The notes under the pieces were generated by a model. The model ran no database searches, was not told where the DNA came from, and saw only the letters and a program-made list of their open reading frames with translations. The translations under genes were made by a program, and so were the position numbers. This document shows positions 1 to 12,059 of a stretch of 64,000 nt of DNA, piece after piece. Origin of the DNA: Mobula hypostoma. Its lineage: Eukaryota. Numbering within the stretch: the stretch's first letter is position 1; each line of letters opens with the position of its first letter. Location of the stretch: assembly GCF_963921235.1 (NCBI RefSeq), contig NC_086108.1, positions 13,826,001 to 13,890,000 on the forward strand, written 5' to 3'.

Positions 1-363
1 CACTACTTCGGCAAAGCAGCCAACAGTTAGATTAATCTTAGAAAAGGTTAAAGGGTCAGAACAAGATTTTGGGCCAAATGGCCTTTATTATGCCACACTC
101 TGTTCTATTAGCATAATCATGGACCCAATGCAATCCCATTCATTCTTTCTTTTCCCTCTTCCATCATGCAGAAGATACAATAGCTTAAGAACACATACCA
201 CCTGGCTCAAAGACAGCTTCTTATCAGACTTCTCATACACCAAGAGATGAACTCTCGATCTCCCATGGCCCTAACATTTTATTTGTCTACCTGCGCTGCA
301 CTTTCTCTGTAAATGCAACATTACATTGTGTTCTGTTTTCACTTTGCATTATCTCAATGGACT

Positions 364-987
364 AGATTAGATTATGAGGACACTTAGTCCTGTCTTATTG
401 TCATTTAGAAATGCATTACGAAATGATACAATATTCCTCCGGTGTGATATCACAAAAACACAGGACAGACCAAGACTGAAAAATGAACAAAAACCACAAT
501 TATAACACATAGTTACAATGGTGCATCAATACCATAACTTGATGAAGAACAGGCCATGGCACAGTAAAGAAGTTCAAAGTCTCTCAAATGTCCCACATCT
601 CACACAGATGGGAGAAGGAAGAAAACTCTCCCTGCCATGCCCGACCACAGTCCGACTCTGAGTCGTCCAAAAGCTTCGAGCCTCCGATCAGCCCTCTGAC
701 ACCGAGTACCGAGCACCATCTCTATCCAAACGATTTGACCTCGGCCTTGGTTGCCAGCAGCAGGCAAAGCCGGGGATTTTGGGGCCTTCCCTCCGGAAGA
801 TTCTCGATCGCCCAGTAACAGCCACAGTAAACCGGCGTTTCAGAAATTTCTCCAGATGTTCCTCTATGCTTTCATATCTGTCTCCATCAAATCAAAATTG
901 TCCACGGCCTCTATTTAACAGATACGATATCATTTTCACTGGAGAGTTGCGCGCGCTGCGTCGCGCTGCCATCTTCTCCTCCCACCA
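364..987 (-). mobile_element. Non-autonomous ~625-bp retroposon, copy 1
   Basis: Colinear with 25940-26565. Minus strand starts GGGAGGAGAAGATGGCAGCG and ends ...AATAAGACAGGACTAAGTGTCCTCATAATCTAATCT. Flanked by gact (360-363 and 988-991). Interrupts an old Rex1-type 3' end (~150-363). Confidence 0.8.
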
Positions 988-3610
988 GACTTATGTATTT
1001 AATTAAGATGGCGCTGGTAACTGGCGACTCTGCACGTGCTCTCCTGAGCAAACTGCCCTTTACACTATCCTATACCCAAGAAACCCTTCTAAACCTCCAA
1101 TCTGCTACATCTAGCAAGATCAACAACACCCTGTCAAAGCTACTGACCCAGCTGCAGACCACTGTGCCAGAACTGCTTCTTAAACTCTGGATCGCATCTG
1201 GACCTGATGGCCTGGTCTGAGGCCCACCATGTTCCCGGAGACCCGTGGTCTGCTACCGTGCTGGAGTACTTGGAGACACGGCCCATTCTAAGAGCACCTC
1301 CAGAGCAGATGACCACACAGAAGTGATGGCGGAGACCTCAAGGTGCCCCAGACGCTTCCCCGGAGCGACCACCATAAAGCCCCGTTGGTGGCCATCCACA
1401 GCTGCCGGAAGTGAGGCCTCCGCCGCTGACCTCGGAAATCGAGCCCGAGGCTCGGCTGGAGAAGAGGTCTCCGCAACCATGACTCAGTTTACGGACTTGT
1501 TTCAGCCAGGAGCCCGGCCATCCGGGATTAAGTGTCAGCTTCGGGGCCCGACCCAATCGACAGCCCTGGCCCCTGGCAGCGGAGCCTCCCCTGTCACTCG
1601 GCCCGACCTGGAGCACCCGACGACACGACCCACTGATCGATCCCTGCGGGACGCGTCACCTACCTCAAAGAGCTGACAACAACACACTGCATCAATGGAG
1701 ACCTGGAAAGATGCACTATTTACTGAGGAAGCATGGGAAAAGAGCTGGGCTGCTGGTCAGATTGAAGTTGAGGGGCTTCAGGGTCCCTATGCCCACCATC
1801 CTATTAACTAATGTGCAAGCCATAGAGAACAAGGTGGATGATCTTAAAGGGAGACTCACCTACTGCAGGGAGATGCAGAACTGCTGTGTATTCTGTTCCA
1901 CCGAGACCTGGCTCTCCCCTACCACTCCTGATTGTGCCATCCAACCAGAGGGATTTTCAATCCATCGGATAGACCACACGGCGTCTTTGGGCAAGACGAG
2001 GAGAGGTGGTGTCTGCCTACTGATCAACACTGCGTGGTGCTCGGACACAGTGGCACTGACAAGCTCCTGCAGCCCAGACCTGGAACACGTCAGTGAAGTG
2101 TCGTCCCTACTATCTGCCCCGGGAATTCACCTCGGTCATATTGACAGCGGTCTACATTCCCCCCCAGGCAGACGTGGAGTGTGCTCTGAACATACTGTAT
2201 GTCAACATCAGTGAACTTGAGACCAGGTATCCAGAGGCTTTACTCATTACAGCCAGGGACTTTGCTCATTACAGCCGGGGACTTTAACCAGGCCAACCTC
2301 AGGAAGGCACTGCCAAAGTTATACCAACATGTCTCCTGCCCCACTAGAGGCCCGAATATACTTGACCACTGCTACACAGCAGTCAAGGATGCCTACCGTT
2401 CTGTCCCACGACTTCACTTCGGAAAATCGGACCATCAGGCCATACTCCTCCTCCCGGCTTACAAACAGAAACTGAAGCGGGAGGTCATGGTGTCATAAGT
2501 GGTGTCGCGTTGGACGGAGGAAACGGATGAGATCCTCCGTGACTGCTTTGAATCGGTGGACTGGTTAGTATTCAAGGACTCGGCAGCTAACCTCGATGAG
2601 TATGCCTCAGCTGTCATGGACTTTATTTGGAAATGCACGGAGGACTGTGTGTCTCGCAAGACGGTCCGGGTATTCCCTAACTGGAAACCTTGGATGAAAT
2701 ATGAGGTCAAGTCCCTTTTGAAGGCTAGTGCTGCAGCTTTTAGGTCCGGGGATACCAGTCGCTACACAGAATCCAGGCGTGAACTCCGGAAAGCCATTAA
2801 GGGCGCCAAGAGGCAATATCGAGCCAAGTTGGAAGCCCAGGCTAACCAAAGGGATGCCAGTAGACTATGGCAGGGACTAAATGAGATTACTGGGTGCAAA
2901 GAAAAGGCTGGGAATATCAATAACTGTAGCGCTTCTCTTCCTGACGAACTTAACGTATTCTACGCAAGATTCGAACAGAAGAGGAGCGTCCCGCTCCCTC
3001 TGGATGAACCGGATCTGGTGGCATCGAGATTCATCGTCACCGAGGAGGACGTTAGAAGGGCCTTCCTGAAGATAAATCCAAGGAATGCGGCGTGCCCAGA
3101 TGGCATCCCAGGACGGGTTCTCCGGGCCTGTGCAAGCGAGCTAGCTGGAGTGTTTGCTGACATCTTCAACTGCTCCTTGCTTCAGTCTAAGATCCCCTTG
3201 TGTTTTAAGAAGGCAACGATAATCCCAGTGCCGAAGAAGAGCAAGGTGGCATGCCTGAATGACTATCGACCTGTGGCTCTGACATCAATTGCTATGAACT
3301 GCTTCGAGAGATTGGTTATGGCACACATCAACCACACCCTACTGGTCAACCTCGACACTTTGCAATTCGCCTACCGGAGCAACAGGTCAATGGCAGATGC
3401 CATCTCTCTGGCCCTACATTCCTCCTTAGAACACCTGGAGAATAAAGACGCATATGTAAGGCTCCTTTTCATTGACTATAGCTCTGCCTTTAATACCATC
3501 ATTCCAAATAAACTGATTCCTAAGCTCCGGAACCTGGGCCTTAGCACTCAGATCTGCAGCTGGATCTTCAGCTTCCTCACAGACAGGACCCAGGCTGTAA
3601 AAATAGGGGA

Positions 3611-4600
3611 GCAACACACATCAAAGTTGCTAGTGAATGCAGCAGGCCAGGCAACATCTCTAGGAAGAGGTACAGTCAACGTTTCGGGCCGGAACCCTTC
3701 GTCAGGACTAACTGAAGGAAGAGCTAGTAAGAGATTTGAAAGTTAGAGGGGGAGGGGGAGGGGGAGATCCAAAATGACAGGAGAAGACAGGAGAGGGAGG
3801 GATGGAGCCAAGAGCTGGACAGGTGATTTGCAAAAGGAATATGAGAGGATCATGGGACAGGAGGCCCAGGGAGAAGGAAATGGGGGGGCGGGGTGTGGGA
3901 AACCCAGAGGATGAGCAAGGGGTATAGTCAGAGGGACAGAGGGAGAAAAAGGAGAGTGAGAGAAAGAATGTGTGTATATAAATAAATAACGGATGGGGTA
4001 CGAGGGGGAGGTGGGGCATTAGCGGAAGTTAGAGAGGTCAATGTTCATGCCATCAGGTTGGAGGCTACCCAGACGGAATATAAGGTGTTGTTCCTCCAAC
4101 CTGAGTGTGGCTTCACCTTGACAGTAGAGGAGGCCGTGGATAGACATATCAGAATGGGAATGGGACGTGCAATTAAAATGTGTGGCCACTGGGAGATCCT
4201 GCTTTCTCTGGCGGACAGAGCGTAGGTGTTCAGAAAAATGATTTCCCAGTCTGCGTCGGGTCTCGCTAATATATAGAAGGCCACATCGGGAGCACCGGAC
4301 GCAGTATATTACCCCAGCCGACTCACAGGTGAAGTGTCGCCTCACCTGGAAGGACTGTCTGGGACCCTGAATGGTGGTAAGGGAGGAAGTGTAAGGGCAT
4401 GTGCAGCACTTGTTCTGCCTACAAGGATAAGTGCCAGGAGGGATATCAGTGGGGAGGGATGGGGGGGGAACGAATGGACAAGGGAGTCACGTAGGGAGCG
4501 ATCCCTGCGGAAAGGGGGAAGGGAAAGATGTTCTTAGTGGTGGGATCCCGTTGGAGGTGGCGGAAGTTACGGAGAATTATATGTTGGACCTGGAGGCGAA
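3611..4600 (-). mobile_element. Penelope-like element 3' part (GIY-YIG + pLTR), subfamily A
   Basis: ORF 4019-4345 (GVIYCVRCSRCGLLYISET...VATHFN...EQHLIFRLGSLQPDGMN). Removing it restores the host Rex1 frame VKIGD-KLSSTITL. Confidence 0.9.
3674..3709 (-). ncRNA. Minimal hammerhead ribozyme motif (GUU site variant)
   Basis: Minus strand AGTC-CTGACGA-A-GGG TTCCGG CCC-GAAAC-GTT-GACT. Confidence 0.7.
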
Positions 4601-5679
4601 CAAGCTCTCCTCTACAATCACTCTGAGCACCGGTGCCCCACAAGGCTGTGTACTCAGCCCCCTGCTGTACTCACTGTACACCCATGATTGTGTAGCCAAG
4701 TTTCCATCGAACTCAATATATAAGTTTGCTGATGACACAACAATTGTAGGCCGTGTCTCGGTTAATGATGAGTTTGAGTACAGAGAGGAAATTAAGAACC
4801 TGGTGGCATGGTGCGAAGACAATAACCTATCCCTCAACGTCAGCAAGACGAAGGAATTGGTTGTTGACTTCAGAAGGAGTAGCGGACCGCATGACCCAAT
4901 TTACATCGGTGGTGCGCAAGTGGAACAGGTCAAAAGCTTTAAGTTCCTCGGGGTCAATATCACAAATGACCTGACTTGGTCCAACCAAGCAGAGTCCACT
5001 GCCTAGAAGGCCCACCAGCGCCTTTACTTCCTGAGAAAACTAAAGAAATTTGGCCTGTCCCCTAAAACCCTCACTAATTTTTATAGATGCACAGTAGAAA
5101 GCATTCTTCTAGGGTGCATCACAACCTGATATGGAAGTTGTCCTGTCCAAGACCAGAAGAAGCTGCAGAAGATCACGAACACGGCGCAGCACATCACACA
5201 AACTAATCTTCCGTCCTTGTACTCACTTTATACCGCACGCTGTCGGAGCAGTGCTGCCAGGATAATCAAGGACACGACCCACCCAGCCAACACAATTTTC
5301 GTCCCTCTTCCCTCCGGGAGAAGGCTCAGGAGCTTGAAGACTCATATGGCCAGATTTGGGAACCGCTTCTTTCCAACTGTGATAAGACTGCTGAACGGAT
5401 CCTGACCCGGATCTGGGCCGTACCCTCCAAATATCCGGACCTGCCTCTTGGTTTTTTTGTACTATCTTACTTTCCATTTTTCTAATTTTTCTATTTATGA
5501 TTTATAATTTAAATTTTTAATATTTACTATCGATTTGTAATCCAGGGAGCGGGAAGCGCAGAATCAAATATCGCTATGATGATTGTGCGTTCTAGTATCA
5601 ATTGTTTGGCAACAATAAAGTATAAAGTATGAAGTGACTTTTCTGAACTAAAGCTTTTCACTGTACCTCAGCCCCTGTA

Positions 5680-6160
5680 ATAGTAGTAGTAGTCATACTT
5701 TATTGATCCTGGGGGAAATTGGTTTTCGTTACAGTTGCACCATAAATAATAAATAGTAATAGAACCATAAATAGTTAAATAGTAATATGTAAATTGTGCC
5801 AGGACCAGCCTATTGGCTCAGGGTGTCTGACCCTCCAAGGGAGGAGTTGTAAAGTTTGATGGCCACAGGCAGGAATGACTTCCTATGATGCTCTGTGTTG
5901 CATCTCGGTGGAATGAGTCTCTGGCTGAATGTACTCCTGTGCCCACCCAGTACATTATGTAGTGGATGGGAGACATTGTCCAAGATGGCATGCGACTTGG
6001 ACAGCATCCTCTTTTCAGACACCACTGTCAGAGAGTCCAGTTCCATCCCCACAACATCACTGGCCTTACGAATGAGTTTGTTGATTCTGTTGGTGTCTGC
6101 TACCCTCAGCCTGTTGCCCCAGCACACAACAGCAAACATGATAGCACTGGCCACCACAGA
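5680..6160 (-). mobile_element. Rex1/Babar 3' fragment
   Basis: ORF 5810-6166 (HPLH...RKSFLPVAIKLYN), AATAAA and (CTA)n tail. Confidence 0.85.
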
Positions 6161-7371
6161 AACCACAGATGATCAGAAACCAGTTATCAATTACACCACT
6201 CTTGGATGCTGCGCTTTGGTCAGCCCAGAATTTCCATTATCAATGAAGTTCTGAGCTGGGGAAGTCCTCCTGCTTCTTATTCTGCTCAACCCAGATCTGA
6301 CAGAACAAATTCTGGAATCTCTCATTCTCCCAACACTTTGGGATCGGCCACACAGAGGCTGCTGACATTTAGGAGGCATACACTTGTCAACCTGTAGATG
6401 GGTGACTCGAGAGCTGCAGCAATAAATACACTGGGAATAGAGTGGTTGGTATACCAGCCATTGACGGCATTGACAGAGCCAATCATTTCCCTCAAGGGTA
6501 CGTTAAAACTCTCCCTCCAGGGATGACACACTTAGCTCTACTAATCAAGAAAAGGGACATTTGTGGAAAGAAGTACACCATCCCATGGCTGGGGGTGTAC
6601 ATGTTCAGGTGAATGGTGAGGTGTGAAGTGTAGCAAGCTTTGTGGAACTTACTGGTAACAGATATCCATCCACAACACTATCGAATAAACTTCCCTTGAT
6701 CAAAGAGTCCCTGATTAATCTGCGTCCTTCCAAGAGAAGATTTAACCTGCTCTTTAGAATAGATTCTAACAGTGAATTAGTGAAGTTAAGCTACTGTCCT
6801 GTATCTTCTCAGTTAATCCTTTCCACTCTCTCTAAACAGCTTTAGAACATCAGCAATAATCCAACCATTTCTATGCCCTGGGAGGATTGCAATATTGTCA
6901 TCAAAGCCTCTGGAATTATACCCCTTTGCCCCCAGTTCACAGCCTGGATTAGCTTCAGACCTGGAAATTTATCCATTTACAAAGACATGAAATGTCTTAA
7001 AATGTTCTCTTTTGCTATATTAAGTACATCTTTATTAATGGCACATCGGGCCTCTCTCTTCAATGAAGGCAGAGGCGTAGTCATAATCTATACCAAGTAA
7101 TCTGAATGATGTTACATGGTGTGATTCACAACCAGCATCCCACAACTGACTGACTGGACAGAGCTGTGGGTGGAGAAATAGAGACAGGCACATGTTCTAA
7201 CAGATCAAATTTTTTAAACTGACATATGACGCGAAGGGAGAATTAAGAATTGTAGGTTAATCTTTTCCATTGGTTCATTCACACCAGGTTGAAGCTGCTC
7301 TGATATTGTGCATCTCAAACTGCCCACAGCTGACGAACCAACCACCTTTATAGATCTGGAGCCATGAACAA

Positions 7372-7518
7372 GAGCGGCTCCAGAAATCTGGGCTTCATCC
7401 TGACCTCTGCAGCTGCCCATGTGGGCTTCCTCCCTCATCCCAACAACACTCGGGTCAGTGAATTCACTGACAGTTGTAAATTGTCCTTAACATATTGGTG
7501 AATGGCAGAGTGTGGATT
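7372..7518 (+). mobile_element. Degenerate tRNA-type SINE, 5' part; likely tail at ~11320-11390
   Basis: B-box-like GGCTTCATCCTGACC and body GTGGGCTTCCTCC...TGTAAATTGTCC; CR1-type tail GACTCAATGGGCTGAAGGGC resumes after the Penelope and Gypsy inserts. Confidence 0.5.
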
Positions 7519-8317
7519 TGGAGGCTACCCAGACGGAATATAAGGTGTTGTTCCTCCAACCTGAATGTGGCTTCATCTTTACAGTAGAGGAGGGAGGCTA
7601 CCCAGACGGAATATAAGGTGTTGTTTTTCCAACCTGAGTGTGGCTTCATCTTTACAGTAGAGGAGTTCCTCCAACCTGCAAGACCCGACACAGACTGGGA
7701 GACCGCTTTGCTGAACATCTACGCTCTGTCCGCCAGAGAAAGCAGGATCTCCCAGTGGCCACACATTTTAATTCCACATCCCATTCCCATTCTGACATGT
7801 CTATCCACGGCCTCCTCTACTGTAAAGATGAAGCCACACTCAGGTTGGAGGAACAACACCTTATATTCTGTCTGGGTAGCCTCCAACCTGATGGCATGAA
7901 CATCGACTTCTCTAACTTCCGCTAATGCCCCACCTCCCCCTCGTACTCCATCAGTTATTTATTTTTATGCACACATTCTTTCTCTCACTCTCCTTTTTCT
8001 CCCTCTGTCCCTCTGAATATACCCCTTGCCCATCCTCTGGGTCCCCCCCTCCTCCTTGTCTTTCTTCCCGGACCTCCTGTCCCATGATCCTCTCGTATCC
8101 CTTTTGCCTATCACCTGTCCAGCTCTTGGCTCCATCCCTCCCCCTCCTGTCTTCTCCTATCATTTTGGATCTCCCCCTCCCCCTCCAACTTTCAAATCCC
8201 TTACTCACTCTTCCTTCAGTTAGTCCTGATGAAGGGTCTCGGCCTGAAACGTCGACTGTACCTCTTCCTAGAGATGCTGCCTGGCCTGCTGTGTTCACCA
8301 GCAACTTTTATGTGTGT
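7519..8317 (+). mobile_element. Penelope-like element 3' part with inverted 5' duplications, subfamily A
   Basis: GIY-YIG C-terminus 7680-7925, pLTR 7926-8317; 7519-7665 is two tandem inverted copies of 7811-7886. Confidence 0.9.
8222..8257 (+). ncRNA. Minimal hammerhead ribozyme motif
   Basis: AGTC-CTGATGA-AGGG TCTCGG CCT-GAAAC-GTC-GACT: intact core, GUC site, stem I AGTC/GACT. Confidence 0.78.
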
Positions 8318-11300
8318 CTATTGCCAACGCTTTCATTTCAGTGCTCTATCGTCAGGAGGGTCACCCAGTCGAGATGTATCATCGCCTGCAGGGCCTCCAC
8401 TGTCAACGGATATGACCAGGGCAGAAATCCAAGGAGATTGGTGAGGCCATTGTTTTGGAGCAGCTGCTATGGATTCTTCCTCCAGAAACCAAAACATGGG
8501 TCCAAGAGCATGAGCCAGTGGATGGACTCACTGTGTCCTGACTTGCCCTGCAGTGCCTCAATTCCCACAAGGGGTGCCATCTCTGCCATCATTCTGAAGC
8601 AACAGAGACTCTAACACTCCAAGGGACTCTCAGAGTAACTCTGCTGAATTTGGGGGTGAGAGAAAAGAGGGAAAAGAACTTTGGTAATTGCTTCTGAGAC
8701 TTTTATTCGCTTCCATTGTCAGCAGCCAGGTTATAAGTCCTCAGTGTGTCCTATCAAGAAGCCCAATCTGTCAGATATGTATCATATACTAATACAGGGA
8801 GATTGTGATGATGACGACGACGATGATGATGACGACGATGATAATGGTGACGATGATGATGATGACTGTAATGTTTGTGAGTATGGCAATGGAAAACAGG
8901 CAGAATTTCAGGAGAAAGAGCCTGTGTTTATAATAGTCAAAGTTAATGGAAAACCTGTTAAAGCTCTTTTAGATTCTGGTAGCTCACTGTCATTAAGAAA
9001 AATTATGCCCATCTTTGGAGTTGACTACAGTCACCAAACACCTACCCAATGCGTCTGTGATGACTAGAAGTCTGAGCTACTGGCAAAACTCATTGTTGAG
9101 CTGGATGACTACAAGTACTTGATGAAAGTGGGGGTGCTGGAGAAACTACCCATCGACTTGATTCTGGGGAGAGATTTGTCTGTTTTACATGAGTTACTGA
9201 GGAAAGGAAATAGCCAATCCCTTCCATCTGTTAGTATAGGAGTAGATAGTGCTGTTTCGTATTTTGTCACGACTTGTGCTAAAACTAAAGCAATGGTTTG
9301 GTTACAATCTCTGCCTGACTTGGATACAGGGGAGGAACCAAAAAACTTAGAAAGTCTCGTTGGCAACTGTGCCTTGGGAATTATGCTAGTTCTCCTGCCT
9401 CTGTTGATATTTGTATAGATGATGTATCCATTGAGGTTGACTCGGAGGGGTTGTGGAGGCCAGGAAGGGGCCTGGGAAGGTTGACCCCTCCACTCTCAAT
9501 GGCTGTTGACCAGAGGGGCAGCAGAGGGTGTTTTCTGACCTTCCATAGCTGTTCCAGCAGAGACCAGGGCATCATCGGGATGAGACCTGACCAGGGTTCA
9601 GTATGCCAACACGAATACAAAGTGCCAGACTGACTTGTTGTGGGGGAGGGGCCAGAAGGATGAGATTCAGACCATGCTGGTGCTGGGAGTCATCGAGCCT
9701 TCAAATAGTGAGTGGAGCAGTCTGATCATTATCGTCCCCAAGAAGGATGGCACACTGAGAGAATGCATTGATTTCTGGAAGGCAAATGCCATTTCTTTTT
9801 TTGATGCTTATCCTCTGCCCTGCATTGATGACTAGAAAAGATTGGACAGACAAACTACATTACTTCACTGGACCTTTGTAAAGGTTACTGGCAGGTTCTC
9901 CTGTATGGCCAATCAGAACCGCTCACTGCCTTCCGCACATCCCAGGCTCTGTTTCAATTTGCCCTGACGCCCTTTGGCCTTCATGGCGCACCAGCAGCAT
10001 TCCAGGGGCTGATAGACTGGGTGCTCCAAGTGCAGCCTACCAAGATGAGGCAGTCAGAGTATCTGGACCATCTGTGTAGGGTCCTGGGGAATGTACATGC
10101 TGCAAGTCTCACCGTCAATCTACAAAACTGAGTGGGCAAAGAGGGAAACATGATACCTTGGCTACCAGCTGGAATATGGAGAGGTTCAAGCACAGGTGGA
10201 CAAAGTGGAAGCAATCACAACAGTCCTCAACCTCACATCAGGAAGGGAGTGAAGTTCTTCCAAGGTCTAGAAGGGTGGTATCACTGGTTCATTCCCCAGT
10301 TGGCCACTCTGATTGCGTCTCGGACTCATCCTACTGGGAAACTTGTAAGCAACCCAGTGAGCATGAAAATGCTTTTCAGGCCCTGAAAGCCCACATGAGT
10401 TCTTCAACTGTCCTTCAGAGCCTTGACTTTGACAAACAGTTCCTTGTCCAGGTGGATGCCTCAGGTGTAGGTACTGGAGCAGTGCTCGCTCACGGAGAAC
10501 CTGGAGAAGAGAGACCTGTCCTTTACCTAAGCTGAAAGGGAAACCAGGTATTCCACATTGAAAAGGAGTACCTGGCCATTGTGGGCCCTTGACAGCCTCC
10601 AGTACTACCTCCTTGGCAGGGAATTCAACCTTTACACAGACCACAGAGTGCTGACATGGATTCAAACAATGAAAGACCGTAATGCTCGAATGACATGGTG
10701 GTACCTGGAGCTCTAACCCTTCAAATCCTGTGTCGGAGAGCACTTGGTAAACACACTCCCTAAGCACAAATATTGCCTTGTCATCTTGCTGTCGTTACAC
10801 TGAGTGTGTGTACTGTGCACTATTTTCCCCAGTATATTTGAATATTGGGTCCTAAAACCGAGCTGGTTTTATGGTGCCTTTCCCACCGTACACAGCAGAA
10901 TATTCCATTTCTTCAGTGATGGGAGTGTTGTTTGTATATGTATTTAATATAGATACTGTACTTCTGTTTAGTTTGTAATATGATTGTAACTACGCTGTGG
11001 AGGCCATTATATTCAAATTCATGAGTAGTCTTGTTAACTTTTTTGGTAATTAAAGATGGTATGTCCTGGTGTGAAAAAAAGAAGCTGATTGCCCTCAGTA
11101 GGGGAGAGAGATTGAGCCTGTCAGGTGTTTACACTGGACAAGAATAAATATGGAATTATTTTTGTGCTTTCTGGTCGTTATCTTTTTGTAAATATTGGCA
11201 GTTTTCTTTTCACTTTTTTCACTAATTATTTTAAAGTTTGATTTTTGATGCATTTAATAAACATGCTTGCACAAAAGTTCTAAGTGACTCTAGCCATTAT

Positions 11301-11320
11301 TTTCCTTTGGCCATAACCCA
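8318..11320 (+). mobile_element. Gmr1-like Gypsy LTR retrotransposon relic (SCAN-gag, zinc knuckle, protease, RT, RNase H)
   Basis: SCAN-like 8319-8560; knuckle HCQQPGYKSSVCP; protease ALLDSGS; RT IEPSNSEWSS..VPKKDG..IDF..DAYPLP; RNase H VQVDASGVGTGAVL..YTDH. Many stops and frameshifts; no integrase after RNase H. Confidence 0.88.
8806..8866 (+). repeat. (GAT/GAC)n microsatellite, read as poly-Asp in the Gypsy frame
   Basis: Seen directly. Confidence 0.95.
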
Positions 11321-12059
11321 TGTATTTAATGATGGGGCAGACTCAATGGGCTGAAGGGCATGTTTCCCTCGATATCTCTCACTGACTCTAAGAAACTTAT
11401 CTACATTCCCTGTCTCCACACACAGCTCACTTGATTCGGTCCCTTATAGCCCTTAGTTATCATCTTGCTCTCTATATCTTACAACAAACACAGAAAGAGG
11501 CCATTTGTGCCATCAGAGCCATGCCAGCTCATAGAGGTAGGGTTGAGCCTCCACAGACTCCTCCTCTCTCTTCATTTCCCTGTTCCTCAGTAACTTACTC
11601 TCTCTTTTTTCTCATATGTTCATCAGCTCACTTCTCCTGCTTCCCACTGTCCACTCACTGGGGGAAAATTACAGCAACCTACTAAGTCGCAGACCGATGT
11701 TAACCCACTGACCCGTGTTAACTACTGACCTACATTAACCCACCGACACGCCTTCACCCACTAGCATGACTCCGGGCTGTGGAAGGGAACTGGATCACCC
11801 GGAGTCACAGAGAACCTGTACAAACTCTGTGTTGTCAGTCTCTGAAGCCAACATTAAACCGGGGTTTCGGATCTGTGAATCAGCAGCTCTAACTGATGCA
11901 CGACAGTGCCAGGAATGAGAGGGTGTGGCTGGGCTGTAGCAGAGGGACCCGACCTCTCTATGCCCGACACCACTGTGTGAAGATTAAACCGGGGTTTCGG
12001 AGTGGTGAGTCAGCAGCTCTAAGTGGTGCACCACAGTGCTCTAATTACAAAACAGATAC

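Larger units (their letters stand above)
999..5630 (+). mobile_element. Near full-length Rex1/Babar LINE (AP endonuclease + RT), disrupted
   Basis: 5' AAGATGGCG; APE motifs (LTNVQAIENK, TETW, AVYIPP, GDFN, LDHCY, SDH); RT motifs ([38 protein letters not shown]); C-terminus LPSGRRLRS..FFP; tail AATAAAGTATAAAGTAT. Frameshift ~2090, 21-bp duplication ~2242-2283, stops at 2496, 5004, 5128; split by a Penelope-like insert at 3611-4600. Confidence 0.92.

Noticed and set aside
2499..3746. 415-aa ORF as an intact gene
   Set aside because: Rex1 RT fragment reading into the antisense of a Penelope insert
7354..7440. Kozak ATG (GCCATGA) and 9-bp hairpin
   Set aside because: Overlaps a degenerate SINE head; no supporting gene structure
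7925..8614. 229-aa ORF
   Set aside because: Chance read-through of low-complexity pLTR into an off-frame Gypsy gag
8681..9067. Acidic poly-Asp protein
   Set aside because: Microsatellite expansion between Gypsy zinc knuckle and protease
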